IMG/VR virus record: IMGVR_UViG_3300032092_000001
Direction: 5' to 3' (one strand)
Length of the DNA: 64,000 nt
DNA from: a virus
Lineage: Duplodnaviria > Caudoviricetes
Positions 30,614 through 40,641 of this stretch are shown piece by piece. Below the pieces are notes generated by a model, which saw only the letters and a program-made list of their open reading frames with translations, was not told the DNA's origin and did no database searches. A program made the translations under genes and the position numbers. Position 1 is the stretch's first letter; each line of letters opens with the position of its first letter.

Positions 30614-31361
30614 TGAATTTTTTGTGGGACTTTTTGTAAGAAGATTTACTTTCGTCATTAGAATCTGTTGTATATTGCCAATTCCAATATAGTTCCTTGT
30701 TTGGTTCAAATCCATAGAATTTATGAACTTCCATTTGGGTTTCGGTAACATTCTCACCATTCCAGTTTTGACCAACACAAATAAAACCTGTCTCAATACC
30801 TTCGACTATATTCTTTTCACCTAAAGTAGTGTGTCTACTTTCAATCCAATTCAATCTTTCTATAAGATTTTGATAGAACATGTTAGCCTGTCCCCACCTT
30901 ACCGAACTAAAGAATATTACTGCATCAGACTCAAAAAGTTCTTTAGAAACTTTCCATAGTTCGTCAGTTTTATTATTTAAACTTGCCCAACATCTGTGAT
31001 GTCCTGAAGGGTTTTTTTTATCATCTTTAAGTAAAGATTTTAAGATACCACAACTATTACCTTCTTTTCTTGACACATTACCTTCACAAGGAAAAATCTT
31101 GAGTTCTGAAACATCCATAAAAACTGATTTATCCCCAAGTTCTTCATTCAGGTACATAGCGATTAGTTTTGATTTAGGAACATCAATTTGTTTAGGGTCC
31201 CAATTAAACCTATTTGAACAACTTAACAATAAAACTTTTTTCTTGTTTTTTAAAATGTCTAAAGTTTGTTTTAGTTTCTTAGCACCATCATCTTGGACTA
31301 ATTCTTCCAAAAGCATCATTTTTCTTATTTTTTCAATTTCTTCCTGAATAATATTAGACAT
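30594..31361 (-). CDS. Flavodoxin-fold protein (NAD(P)H-dependent FMN reductase / iron-sulfur flavoprotein-like) with acidic N-terminal leader
   Basis: VLLLSCSNR...SKLIA FMN loop; FPCEGNVS...SCG...RCWAS; LFESDAVIFFSSVRWG. Confidence 0.75.
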   Translation of the reverse strand: MSNIIQEEIEKIRKMMLLEELVQDDGAKKLKQTLDILKNKKKVLLLSCSNRFNWDPKQIDVPKSKLIAMYLNEELGDKSVFMDVSELKIFPCEGNVSRKEGNSCGILKSLLKDDKKNPSGHHRCWASLNNKTDELWKVSKELFESDAVIFFSSVRWGQANMFYQNLIERLNWIESRHTTLGEKNIVEGIETGFICVGQNWNGENVTETQMEVHKFYGFEPNKELYWNWQYTTDSNDESKSSYKKSHKKFIDDMGL

Positions 31362-31365
31362 ACCG

Positions 31366-31372
31366 ATAAATA
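31366..31372 (-). promoter_or_regulatory. TATTTAT element (putative late promoter)
   Basis: 4 nt before ATG at 31361. Confidence 0.6.
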
Positions 31373-31382
31373 GTTTATAAAC

Positions 31383-31409
31383 AAAAAAAATCCCGACCTA
31401 GCTCGGGAT
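31383..31409 (-). terminator. Intrinsic terminator after nrdA
   Basis: ATCCCGA-6 nt loop-TCGGGAT stem followed by a T-tract on the minus strand. Confidence 0.8.
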
Positions 31410-31432
31410 AACACATCGGATGTTTTAAAAGT

Positions 31433-33865
31433 TTAAGATGAACAACCAAAACAATCAAAATCACTATTCTCAGGTTTTGGTGGTAAGTTCATATAACTGT
31501 AATCTACCTTTGGTGGTTCAGGAGTTGGTTTTGGTTTGTTAATTTTTGAAATATCAACTGCCAAGTGTTTCGCTCCTGTTGAGATTGCCTTTGTTCTAAC
31601 GTAATAACAAAGTGTTTTTAATCCCTTTTCCCATCCATAGAAATGTGATGATGAAATCTTTGACAACGTTGGGTTACCCATATAGATGTTCATTGATTGT
31701 GATTGGTCAATAAATGGTGCTCTATCTGCCGCCATTTCAATCAATGCCTTTTGTGAGATTTCCCAAATTGTTTTATACTTATTAATCAAATGTTCAATTC
31801 TTTTAACCTTTGAGTTGTATTTTTTATCTTCCAAATCAAGGTAATTGTTGAAGTTAATATTTTGAATTGACCCTTCGTTAATAATGATTTCATTCTTCAA
31901 ATCTTCAGACCAAATTCCAATCTTTTCAAAATCACTAATCAAATACTTGTTAACAATCATAATCTCTCCACCGACTACACGTCTGTTAAAGATTGCTGAG
32001 TGAGCTGGTTCTGTCATTTCATATGAACCTGTAATCTTTGCTGAAGACGCCACAGGCATTTGAGCCGTGAATAATGAGTTACAAACTCCATACTTACTAA
32101 CATTCTGTTTAAGAATTCCCCAAGGCCATCTTGATGATAACTCATCTTCTTTCAATCCCCACATATCAAATTGGAATACTCCTTGTGACATTGGTGACCC
32201 TTCAAAGTGAGCGTATGGTTCATACTTACCATCCATACACAATCTGTTACTTTCAGTGATTGCTGCGAAATAGATTGTTTCAAAAATCTCTTTATTCAAC
32301 TTACGAGCCTCTTCAGATGTGAATATGTAGTCCATCAAGTAGAATACATCCGCAAGTCCTTGTGTTCCAATAGCAATTGCTCTTTGTTCCAATCCACCCT
32401 TACGTCCCTTTTCAGTTGAGTAGTTATTGATGTTAACAACTTTGTTCAACGCTCTTACAACCTTACGTGTCTCTTCATATAACCCTTGGAAATCAAACTC
32501 ACCATCTTTTACATAGTTTTTTAACACCATAGATGAAAGAGTACAGATTGCAGTTGTATTCTCGTCAGTATATTGGTAAATCTCATTACAAAGATTTGAT
32601 TGTTTAATTACACCAATATTCTGATGATTTGTCTTTTTGTTAGCATTGTCTTTAGAACAAAGATATGGGACACCCGTTTCAATTTGAGATTCAATAATCT
32701 TATTCCAAATTTCTTGAGCCTTAACTTTCTTACCAAGACCTAACTCAACTGCTTTATTGTAATTAGATTCATACTCATCACCATAAGACTCTTGTAATGG
32801 TTTGATACCCGCTTTAACAATATCGTTAGGGCAGAACAAATACCAATCGTCATTGTTCTTAACCGCATTCATAAAGTTGTCAGGAATCCAAAGTGCCGTG
32901 AACAAATCACGAGCTCTTAATTCCTCAGCACCTGTGTTCTTTTTAATATCCAATAAATCAAAGATATCTTTATGCCAAGGTTCCAAGTAAATTGCCGCAG
33001 AACCAGGTCTACGTCCTTGTTGGTTAAAGAAACGAAGTGACTCGTTAACAATCTTTAAGTATTTCAAAAGACCACCCGCATATCCACCTGATGATGTAAT
33101 ACGACTCTCCTTACTACGAATGTTAGACATTGATAGTCCGATACCCGCAGCATCTGATGAATAGGTTGAGATGTCTCTCATCGTATTTAACAAACCTTCA
33201 CGAGAATCCGAATCATTGTAATGAAGAACACAAGACGCCAATTGTGGAACCTTTGTACCCGCATTAATCATAATTGGAGTTGCCGGTGAAATTCTTTGGG
33301 TTGACAAAGCTTGGTAATATTCCATAGCTTCTTCAAATGTATTGGTCACCCAAAGAGCAACTCTCATATACATATGTTGAGGTCTTTCAACAACCTTACC
33401 ATCAGGTAATTTCAACAAGTACATTTCAGCAAGTGACCTCCAAGCGAAATAGTCAAAGTTATAATCATTATCGTGATTAATAACTTCATCAATCTTGTCA
33501 GGACCATAAGATTCAACAATCTCCATTAGTTCATTACTTACAATACCATCAACGTGTAAGGTGTGCATTGTATTTGAAAAACTTGGGTCTGTTTCTTTAT
33601 GGTAAGATGAAATTGCGACCGATGATGCTAAACGAGAATAGTCGTGATGACTACCTGTAAAAGCCGCGGCAATTTCATAAATCAACTTGTCCAAATCTTT
33701 AGTAGTAATAACCCCTTCAGTTGGAACTGATGTGATTACTTTGATAAAGATTTCGTCAGAATTAACACTCAACCCTTTGGAAGCTCTCTTAATTCTTTGA
33801 TAAATTTTTTGTGGGTTAAAGGACGCATCGTCCCCACCACGTTTTTTAATTCTTAATGACATCAT
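31433..33865 (-). CDS. nrdA: Class Ia ribonucleotide reductase large subunit with ATP cone
   Basis: N-terminal ATP cone, SNLCNE radical Cys motif, MPVASSA, CYYVR tyrosine dyad, C-terminal CFGC. Confidence 0.97.
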   Translation of the reverse strand: MMSLRIKKRGGDDASFNPQKIYQRIKRASKGLSVNSDEIFIKVITSVPTEGVITTKDLDKLIYEIAAAFTGSHHDYSRLASSVAISSYHKETDPSFSNTMHTLHVDGIVSNELMEIVESYGPDKIDEVINHDNDYNFDYFAWRSLAEMYLLKLPDGKVVERPQHMYMRVALWVTNTFEEAMEYYQALSTQRISPATPIMINAGTKVPQLASCVLHYNDSDSREGLLNTMRDISTYSSDAAGIGLSMSNIRSKESRITSSGGYAGGLLKYLKIVNESLRFFNQQGRRPGSAAIYLEPWHKDIFDLLDIKKNTGAEELRARDLFTALWIPDNFMNAVKNNDDWYLFCPNDIVKAGIKPLQESYGDEYESNYNKAVELGLGKKVKAQEIWNKIIESQIETGVPYLCSKDNANKKTNHQNIGVIKQSNLCNEIYQYTDENTTAICTLSSMVLKNYVKDGEFDFQGLYEETRKVVRALNKVVNINNYSTEKGRKGGLEQRAIAIGTQGLADVFYLMDYIFTSEEARKLNKEIFETIYFAAITESNRLCMDGKYEPYAHFEGSPMSQGVFQFDMWGLKEDELSSRWPWGILKQNVSKYGVCNSLFTAQMPVASSAKITGSYEMTEPAHSAIFNRRVVGGEIMIVNKYLISDFEKIGIWSEDLKNEIIINEGSIQNINFNNYLDLEDKKYNSKVKRIEHLINKYKTIWEISQKALIEMAADRAPFIDQSQSMNIYMGNPTLSKISSSHFYGWEKGLKTLCYYVRTKAISTGAKHLAVDISKINKPKPTPEPPKVDYSYMNLPPKPENSDFDCFGCSS

Positions 33866-33884
33866 AGTTTAAAAAGATAGTAAA

Positions 33885-34832
33885 TTAAAAGTCATCAGTA
33901 AAGGAGAGAGTCTCATTTAACTTAGCTTTTTGATATTCAACTGTACGTGACTCAAAGAAATTACCTTTTGTCTCAACGGCAATTTGTTCCATGAATTTGA
34001 ATGGTTGTTCTACATTAAATTGTTTTTTACAACCAAACTTAACCAATAATCCATCAACCACAAACTCAAGATATTGTTTCATAAGATTTGAGTTCATTCC
34101 AATAAGAGAAACAGGTAGTGATTCTGTGATAAATTCTTTTTCAATCTCAAGTGCTGACAATAAAATCTCTTTAATTCTCTTCTCACTTGGTTTGTCTTCA
34201 ACGTGATTATTCAACAAATGAATTGCGAAATCACAATGTAAGTTTTCATCTTTAAAGATTAAAGAATTAGCATTACACAAACCTTGCATAATACCACGAG
34301 ACTTTAACCAAAAGATTGAACAAAATGACCCTGAAAAGAAAATACCTTCAACTGCTGCAAATGCTACTAATCTTTCTTGGAAAGACGCATTCTCAATCCA
34401 ATCCAAAGCCCATTTAGCCTTCTTTTGAACTGCTGGAAGATTATCTAATGCTGTGAAACACTTTTGTTTTTCTTCCTCGTTTGACACGTATGTATCAATC
34501 AATAATGAATACATTAAACTATGAATGTTTTCCATAGCAAGTTGCATCCCGTAGAAAAATTTAGCCTCAGGGTATTGAACTTCACGATAGAAGTTCTCCG
34601 CTAAATTCTCATTTACGATACCATCAGAAGCCGCAAAAAATGATAAAATATTTTTAATAAAATATTGTTCATTCTCTGATAAATTCTCCCAATCTCTAAT
34701 GTCTCCACTTAAATCAATTTCTTCTGCGGTCCAAAATGCCGCTTGATGCATTTTATAATATTCCCATATATCATTATACTGAATAGGGAATATCACAAAT
34801 CTGTTAGGGTTTTCTACTAATATTTTTTCCAT
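33885..34832 (-). CDS. nrdB: Class Ia ribonucleotide reductase small subunit
   Basis: Di-metal motifs DGIVNEN, ENIH (radical Tyr in HSLMY), VEGIFF, DENLH. Confidence 0.97.
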   Translation of the reverse strand: MEKILVENPNRFVIFPIQYNDIWEYYKMHQAAFWTAEEIDLSGDIRDWENLSENEQYFIKNILSFFAASDGIVNENLAENFYREVQYPEAKFFYGMQLAMENIHSLMYSLLIDTYVSNEEEKQKCFTALDNLPAVQKKAKWALDWIENASFQERLVAFAAVEGIFFSGSFCSIFWLKSRGIMQGLCNANSLIFKDENLHCDFAIHLLNNHVEDKPSEKRIKEILLSALEIEKEFITESLPVSLIGMNSNLMKQYLEFVVDGLLVKFGCKKQFNVEQPFKFMEQIAVETKGNFFESRTVEYQKAKLNETLSFTDDF

Positions 34833-34859
34833 GTTTTTTTGTTTGTTATATTTTAATAA

Positions 34860-36230
34860 TTATGCCTGTTGTTGTTTTCTTTTCTCCATAATTTCTTTAA
34901 TTCTATTCTTATTTCTTTCTTCTTTTTGTTCTTCAAGACCTAAGAATGTTGTGGTACTTTCTGTATCAATTTCTAACATTTCATTGTTAAATTTACAGTT
35001 TTCAAAAACAACCCCATCTTTACCAATACGAGATTTTGTAATTGCAATTGTTGCGAGATTCAACTCTTTTTGTTGTAGTGATTTAGCTACGGTGATAATC
35101 ACGTGACCTACCTGAGCTTTCTTAATAGAACCACCCATTTGGTCTGTAGTCACTACATCAGATGAGATTGAACTTCTATTACCTTGTGTTGCCGTCCAAC
35201 CAACAATATCTAATTCATGACACATCGCCTCAAAAGCTCTCATAACTGAACCCTCAGATTTCCATTCGTCCTCTAACGCCTTTTCAGGTGTTACACAGTC
35301 AATATAATCCAAAATAATCATATCAATTCTTGTACCGTCAGCAATCATTTTACGAATTTGATTTTTAATCTGACCCATTGTCAATGTATCCGATGGTAAC
35401 TTTTTGAGAATTAATTTATTTGACATTGTCTCCTTAATTTCGTCAATCTTTTTAAACACCACATCTTTGTGATTACTTAAATCATCAGGAGCAATACCTG
35501 TCCAACATGTGAAATGTTTTCTTTGGATAACTTTTTTGTTGTCTTCAAAAAATACTTGTAACACATTAAATCCAAGGTTAAATGCATGATTCGCAATTTT
35601 GGTAGTTAGAGTTGATTTACCAACTCCTGTCGGAGCAAGTATTACCCCAATCTCACCCTTCGCCAATCCACCTTTAAGTAAGTTGTCAATACCAGGTATC
35701 CCCATAGGTATTGGATGTCTGTAATCTTCCGCTAATACATCGTCTAAGTTTTCAAACACTTCACCAGTCCCTCTATCAACATTACCAACTTGTAATGCTT
35801 CACGAACCATCTCTTCTAATGTGTCATAATTCTCAAATTCTCCGTGGTCAATGATTTTTTTAGCCTTATCCATCACCTTCTGTAACTCTTGTTGTTTACA
35901 GAATTTTAAAGCCTTTTCTTGAACGAATTGTGAACCGCTATCATCAACATTTTTAATCTCAGAAATTGTATCAAGAGTTATCTTTAACAATAACTCTTGA
36001 GCAATTTCACTTTTAGCAACTTGGTTTAAAGTATCAAAACTTGGCGAATGCTCAAACTTTAGATAATACTCTTTAACCATTTGAACAATAAGTTTAAAGT
36101 ATTTGTTTTCAAAATAGGACGGTTCTAAAACCTCAACGATGGAATGAGCAAAATCTTTGTCAACTATAATTTGATTCAATAATTGTAACTGAAATTCGTT
36201 ACCTAAGTATTCAAAATTTTTGTCCGCCAT
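34860..36230 (-). CDS. dnaB: Replicative DNA helicase, DnaB/T4 gp41-like
   Basis: Walker A APTGVGKS, ILDYID, ATQ motifs. Confidence 0.93.
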   Translation of the reverse strand: MADKNFEYLGNEFQLQLLNQIIVDKDFAHSIVEVLEPSYFENKYFKLIVQMVKEYYLKFEHSPSFDTLNQVAKSEIAQELLLKITLDTISEIKNVDDSGSQFVQEKALKFCKQQELQKVMDKAKKIIDHGEFENYDTLEEMVREALQVGNVDRGTGEVFENLDDVLAEDYRHPIPMGIPGIDNLLKGGLAKGEIGVILAPTGVGKSTLTTKIANHAFNLGFNVLQVFFEDNKKVIQRKHFTCWTGIAPDDLSNHKDVVFKKIDEIKETMSNKLILKKLPSDTLTMGQIKNQIRKMIADGTRIDMIILDYIDCVTPEKALEDEWKSEGSVMRAFEAMCHELDIVGWTATQGNRSSISSDVVTTDQMGGSIKKAQVGHVIITVAKSLQQKELNLATIAITKSRIGKDGVVFENCKFNNEMLEIDTESTTTFLGLEEQKEERNKNRIKEIMEKRKQQQA

Positions 36231-36254
36231 AATTCCTTTTTTTAATTAAATATC

Positions 36255-36707
36255 TTAAACTAGTGAGTAACCCATATAAAACTGTGTTAACTTTTTTGAA
36301 GATAACACCTCAGTCAAACCAAACAAAATGTTCTTTAAATATGGACGTACATCAACGGTATATCTAACTTTTGGTGGGTATAATTTAGCGTCAAAAGTGT
36401 AATGACACAATAGGTTCTCCCCATTTCTAACAAAGATATTAAACGTTTCAGGACCATCAGTGAATGATGTATTTAAAATATCCGGGTCTTCAGTGATTTG
36501 GTATTGATTGTCCAACATATACCCCAAAGTTTTCATTTTGAAGTCTTGTTTTAAATCATCTACAAACCCCATCATTAGGTCTGTCATTTCAACAGAACGG
36601 TGAGCCTTTGGGTTATACCCTTTCACGTTGAAAAATCTTTGAACAATAAAATTGTTGTTCACTGTCATCAGAAACTCAAGTTTCGTAATGTCTTGTTGTT
36701 CTCTCAT
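36255..36707 (-). CDS. Hypothetical protein in the replication block
   Basis: 150-aa ORF tightly packed between the exonuclease and helicase genes. Confidence 0.65.
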   Translation of the reverse strand: MREQQDITKLEFLMTVNNNFIVQRFFNVKGYNPKAHRSVEMTDLMMGFVDDLKQDFKMKTLGYMLDNQYQITEDPDILNTSFTDGPETFNIFVRNGENLLCHYTFDAKLYPPKVRYTVDVRPYLKNILFGLTEVLSSKKLTQFYMGYSLV

Positions 36708-36715
36708 AATTTAAT

Positions 36716-37717
36716 TTACTTTTTGTTTTTGTTTTTTTCTTTTCTTGTTAATTTCATAAATGGTTTTAAAAAATACGTCCATGAATCATCCCCTTTTGGT
36801 AGGTACTTAAAAAGTCCATCGTCAACCATGTAACGAATTACATTCTTATAACTTCTACCCTCTTGTTCTAATGTTTCATTGACGATTTGGGATATTTCTT
36901 CTTTGTCCTCGTCTTTCAATAGTGGATTAGATAAATCCACAATTTGTTCGTTTACTACATAATATTCGTTTTCAAAAATACCTGACTTTGTTTTTCCTGT
37001 TAGTAAATTCTTTAGAGTCTGATTGTCTTTTTGCTCTTTCAAAAGTTCTTCAGCTCTTGTTAAAATATCGGTATAAGATATCGGTTTTTCAAGTATCTCA
37101 GGAAAAAATTTAACCAATGTCTTTTCTCCCAAAAGATAAATCCCATCAATGTTATCACTCTTATCACCAGTCATAATCTTTAATGTTTTAACATTATAGT
37201 GTGGGAAGGAAAAGTTATCAAATTTAATATTATCACCATTTCTAAATGTCTCTCTTAAAGATGGCGAATATACGGATACTTTTTCAGAAATCAGTTGTGT
37301 TAAATCTCTATCTGATGAAAAAATTAATTTTTCTTCGTTTTCAGATACTTGACAGTAGTAAGCAATTAAATCATCGGCTTCTCGTCCTGAGATTTCAATT
37401 TGTCTTACATAGATTTCCTCAAGATATTGTTTGATACGATTTTTTTGATTTAGGTAGGACATGAAGATTGCGTCCTCCATAACTAACTTTCGGTTTTGTT
37501 TATATTTGGGGTAAAGAACTCCACGAATACTTGTGGAGTCCTCACCATCCCAAAATACAACTACCTTATCTAAATTTTGTTCATCAATAAACTTTCGTAA
37601 AGTATTAATGAAGTGATAAATTGCTCCGATATGCTCTCCGTTGTGAAAGTAATCTTTCACCCCGTGAAACCCAATCTTCATCAAATTATTTCCGTCTACA
37701 AGGAGAGTTTTCTTCAC
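36716..37717 (-). CDS. 5'-3' exonuclease / flap endonuclease (T4 RNase H, PolI N-terminal family)
   Basis: LLVDGNNL, VFWDG, EADD, SSDRDL and GDKSDNI motifs. Confidence 0.92.
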   Translation of the reverse strand: MKKTLLVDGNNLMKIGFHGVKDYFHNGEHIGAIYHFINTLRKFIDEQNLDKVVVFWDGEDSTSIRGVLYPKYKQNRKLVMEDAIFMSYLNQKNRIKQYLEEIYVRQIEISGREADDLIAYYCQVSENEEKLIFSSDRDLTQLISEKVSVYSPSLRETFRNGDNIKFDNFSFPHYNVKTLKIMTGDKSDNIDGIYLLGEKTLVKFFPEILEKPISYTDILTRAEELLKEQKDNQTLKNLLTGKTKSGIFENEYYVVNEQIVDLSNPLLKDEDKEEISQIVNETLEQEGRSYKNVIRYMVDDGLFKYLPKGDDSWTYFLKPFMKLTRKEKNKNKK

Positions 37718-37727
37718 AAACTATTAA

Positions 37728-38726
37728 TTAAAATGGTTCGTTTTCGTTTGCAAAAGTTTCTTCAGTTTCATCAAGAGTAATCTCTCCTGTCCCTGAAAGA
37801 ATAGCGTTCCAATACTGAGAATACTCTTTTTTGTATTTTTCAAGAGCGTCTTTATCGTCAGCAATGTAACCTTGTGGGGTTGCGATAATCTTACCGTCTT
37901 TATACCCTAATCCGTTAATATGGTTCTTTAAAACTGATATCTTTGTTCTGATAGCATAAGATACCGTTCTACCATTTTTAGTTGCCGTAATGTGATTAAT
38001 ACCAGCATTTTTCTGATTGCCAAACAAGAATACAAGAGCTGATGCTAACCAAAGAGCTTCACCACCTTTCGCCTTAATTGTTGGTTGTCCGAATGGATTG
38101 TCAGGTAATTCAACCCAAGGTTGATTAACTACCACCATTGTGTTTGTATATGGATAATCTTCCTTACGTGATTTGGTAATACGAGCTTGGATACCCATAC
38201 CAATCTTATCCGCCAATACAGATGCGTTATGTTGTTTACCACCTTTACCGTCAAATGTCATCTTACAAGGAACTGAACCAACTGAATCCCAAAGGAAGCA
38301 AAGAGAATAAGGAATGTTACCTTTTTCTTGTTCGTCTAATAGTTCGTTGATGTAATCTGTAACTTGTTCAATGTAGTCAAAGTTATCGTTGAAGATAAAT
38401 TGTCCGTCCCATTCACCTTCATTCATTTCAGCCTTAAGACCAAGTTCTACTGCGTGGTCCCAGCTCCATTTTTTCTCGGTGATAATGAAAACAGGCAAAT
38501 GCCCCTTCTGCTGAGCAGACACAGCGGCTTTGACAAGCGCGGTCGTTTTTGAAGAGTTCGAATGACCGAGGAACATGTTGATGTTACCCAAAGCAGGACC
38601 AGGTAAACCGCAACTATTATGGAAAGCTTCACCGACTTCATAAAAGTCTGTTTCTTTATATTTTGTTTTTGTGGAGTATTTGTTCTTGATTGCATCAAGT
38701 GAGAATTCTTTTTTCTTTATCGCCAT
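37728..38726 (-). CDS. recA: RecA/UvsX-like recombinase
   Basis: Walker A variant GHSNSSKTT, Walker B LWDSVG, VVNQ, KGGEAL. Confidence 0.9.
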   Translation of the reverse strand: MAIKKKEFSLDAIKNKYSTKTKYKETDFYEVGEAFHNSCGLPGPALGNINMFLGHSNSSKTTALVKAAVSAQQKGHLPVFIITEKKWSWDHAVELGLKAEMNEGEWDGQFIFNDNFDYIEQVTDYINELLDEQEKGNIPYSLCFLWDSVGSVPCKMTFDGKGGKQHNASVLADKIGMGIQARITKSRKEDYPYTNTMVVVNQPWVELPDNPFGQPTIKAKGGEALWLASALVFLFGNQKNAGINHITATKNGRTVSYAIRTKISVLKNHINGLGYKDGKIIATPQGYIADDKDALEKYKKEYSQYWNAILSGTGEITLDETEETFANENEPF

Positions 38727-38769
38727 AAATGTCTATGCGTTTAAATTGTTTGTATTGAAATAAAATAGT

Positions 38770-38808
38770 AAAAGATGGACACTTTGTCTATATCAGTGCC
38801 CATCTTTT
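38770..38808 (-). terminator. Intrinsic terminator after the SSB gene
   Basis: AAAAGATGGGCACT...AGTGTCCATCTTTT stem (G-U pair on the minus strand) followed by a T-rich tract. Confidence 0.75.
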
Positions 38809-38814
38809 TATAAA

Positions 38815-39657
38815 TTAGAATGGTAAATCACCATCAGGTTCGTCACCTGCCTGTGGGTCAACATATGATGCTCCACCGATAGTACTTTCTTCAGATGAAC
38901 TATCACCATAAACATATTTACCTAAATCTGATGACCATCTTGGAGTCTCCCCACGAGCAATTGCTTCCAAATACTCAACAGGTTTTTTAGAGTAAACGTC
39001 TGCCCAAGTAAGTGGGTCTTCAGTCCAAGCTTTAGCTGTTTCAGATTCTGTGTGAACAGGTGATGGGTCGTCATGCATTACAGTCTGAATAACTGTGTAA
39101 GTAGCACCTTTAGGAGTTTTTGCTTTAGCCAACTCAATGATTAAATCACGTCCGTTAACAGGGTCAGTGATATCACCTTTAGCTTTCCAAATTGGAATGA
39201 TTTTGTCTAAGATACCTTCGTTTTTGTAGTTATGTTTGAATCTCCAAAACTTAACTCCATCCGCTTCGTTATCTCGGTCAATAACCTTAACGATGTAAAA
39301 CTTACGAGGTTTGTATGCCTTAGCAAGTTCCTTATCAGATTCTTTACCCGTAGACATCAATTCGTCATGAATCTCGGTAAGAGGTGAACGCTCATTGTCG
39401 TTTTTACCTGGGTCATAGATTTTATTCCATTTACCCTCAACTTGAACCTCATGATACCACACCTCTTTAAAAGGAGATGAACCGTCAGGAGTTGGTAAAA
39501 TACGAAGACGTTTTTGTCCCGATGTTTCATTTTGCGTTAGAATTGCCGCAAAATACTTTTTCATTCTGTCTTCTTGAGACATCTTGTTAGCTCCGTTTGA
39601 GCCACCTTTCGCTTTTTCATACTGAGCGAGAACAGCATCTAGTGAATTTGTCGCCAT
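38815..39657 (-). CDS. Single-stranded DNA-binding protein, T4 gp32-like
   Basis: RLRILP...PFKEVWYH, VIDRD...GVKFW, DITDPVNGRDLII; acidic tail ending DGDLPF. Confidence 0.85.
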   Translation of the reverse strand: MATNSLDAVLAQYEKAKGGSNGANKMSQEDRMKKYFAAILTQNETSGQKRLRILPTPDGSSPFKEVWYHEVQVEGKWNKIYDPGKNDNERSPLTEIHDELMSTGKESDKELAKAYKPRKFYIVKVIDRDNEADGVKFWRFKHNYKNEGILDKIIPIWKAKGDITDPVNGRDLIIELAKAKTPKGATYTVIQTVMHDDPSPVHTESETAKAWTEDPLTWADVYSKKPVEYLEAIARGETPRWSSDLGKYVYGDSSSEESTIGGASYVDPQAGDEPDGDLPF

Positions 39658-39684
39658 GATATATAAATTAATAGTTAATAAACA

Positions 39685-39713
39685 AGTATAAGTGTGTCAG
39701 CCGTAAATGTCAA
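39685..39713 (-). promoter_or_regulatory. Sigma70-type early promoter for the replication block
   Basis: TTGACA-N17-TATACT on the minus strand, 27 nt upstream of the SSB start. Confidence 0.75.
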
Positions 39714-39722
39714 ATAGTACTT

Positions 39723-40385
39723 TTAGAACTTCAGTGGTTTGAAAGCGTTGTCGCTATTCATAGTGTAGTCATTAAAAGTGTTTTTGATTTCAGATGGTGA
39801 ATAATCTTCAACATCGTCAGTCGTTAAAACATATTCATTTTTTCCAGTCTTTTCAATATCTTCAGACTTATCCGTAAAGAAATCAGTCAATTTTTGATTA
39901 AATGGACCTGAATCTAAACTTCTAAGTTCAAGTTTTTCTTGTGGTGTCTTCTCTCTATATTTTTCAATCTTAGCTTCAATACTATTCAATTTTTCAAAAA
40001 CTGAATTCATTTCACCTAATTTACTTTCTAATGATGAAAGTTGTGTGAATAAATTATTAAAGTATTCTTCTTGCTTTGATTCAATATTTTTCTGAGATGT
40101 TACTAAATCAGTAATATCTAATTCTTCACTACCACTTTCTTCTGTTCCCTCATCCCCAATCTTTTCAACTTCAGCATCCGCTTCAACATCAATAACTTCA
40201 GGTTCAGTCGCAGCTGGTTCGGTTGTAGGTGCGGGTGTTTCCGCCGCAGCATCCGCAGGTGGTGGAGGTGGTGGGGTATCACCAGTGTCAGGTGCTGGCA
40301 ATTCAGTTGCCTCTTGTTCTAAGATATATTTGTTAATTTTATTATATCTTGTGATTTCTTCAATAATTCTTTCTGAAATTGCCAT
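39723..40385 (-). CDS. Acidic protein with Pro/Ala/Glu linker and coiled coil; possible head core/scaffold-like
   Basis: MAISERIIEEI...ILEQE leader, PPPPP/APT linker, heptad-like segment. Confidence 0.5.
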   Translation of the reverse strand: MAISERIIEEITRYNKINKYILEQEATELPAPDTGDTPPPPPPADAAAETPAPTTEPAATEPEVIDVEADAEVEKIGDEGTEESGSEELDITDLVTSQKNIESKQEEYFNNLFTQLSSLESKLGEMNSVFEKLNSIEAKIEKYREKTPQEKLELRSLDSGPFNQKLTDFFTDKSEDIEKTGKNEYVLTTDDVEDYSPSEIKNTFNDYTMNSDNAFKPLKF

Positions 40386-40390
40386 TTTAA

Positions 40391-40615
40391 TTACCCGTTT
40401 AAAAGTTGCTTGAAACCGTTTTTAGTTTCAACATTTATTTTTTTATTTGAGAACATAGTATTATCTACTCTTTCAATTAGTCCGTCTTTCATTCTTACAG
40501 TGTAACAATCACCTGTATCTAAATCACAAACTTCTTTGAAACCGTTTCCTTTATCAGTTTCAGTTATTCTGGTATTTTTACCCAAATATCTATCTAATAA
40601 ATCTTTTGTTGTCAT
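40391..40615 (-). CDS. Small hypothetical late protein
   Basis: 74-aa ORF with upstream TATTTAT. Confidence 0.6.
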   Translation of the reverse strand: MTTKDLLDRYLGKNTRITETDKGNGFKEVCDLDTGDCYTVRMKDGLIERVDNTMFSNKKINVETKNGFKQLLNG

Positions 40616-40628
40616 AATTTCTTTTATT

Positions 40629-40635
40629 ATAAATA
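40629..40635 (-). promoter_or_regulatory. TATTTAT element (putative late promoter)
   Basis: 13 nt before ATG at 40615. Confidence 0.55.
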
Positions 40636-40641
40636 TATTAA

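Noticed and set aside
30614-30796. N-terminal part of the tracked ORF 30422..30796
   Set aside because: Overlaps the flavoprotein gene in another frame; only the part from TTG 30613 is plausible
31433-36230. Introns or inteins in nrdA, nrdB or dnaB
   Set aside because: ORFs are uninterrupted and of normal length, with no intein or homing endonuclease motifs
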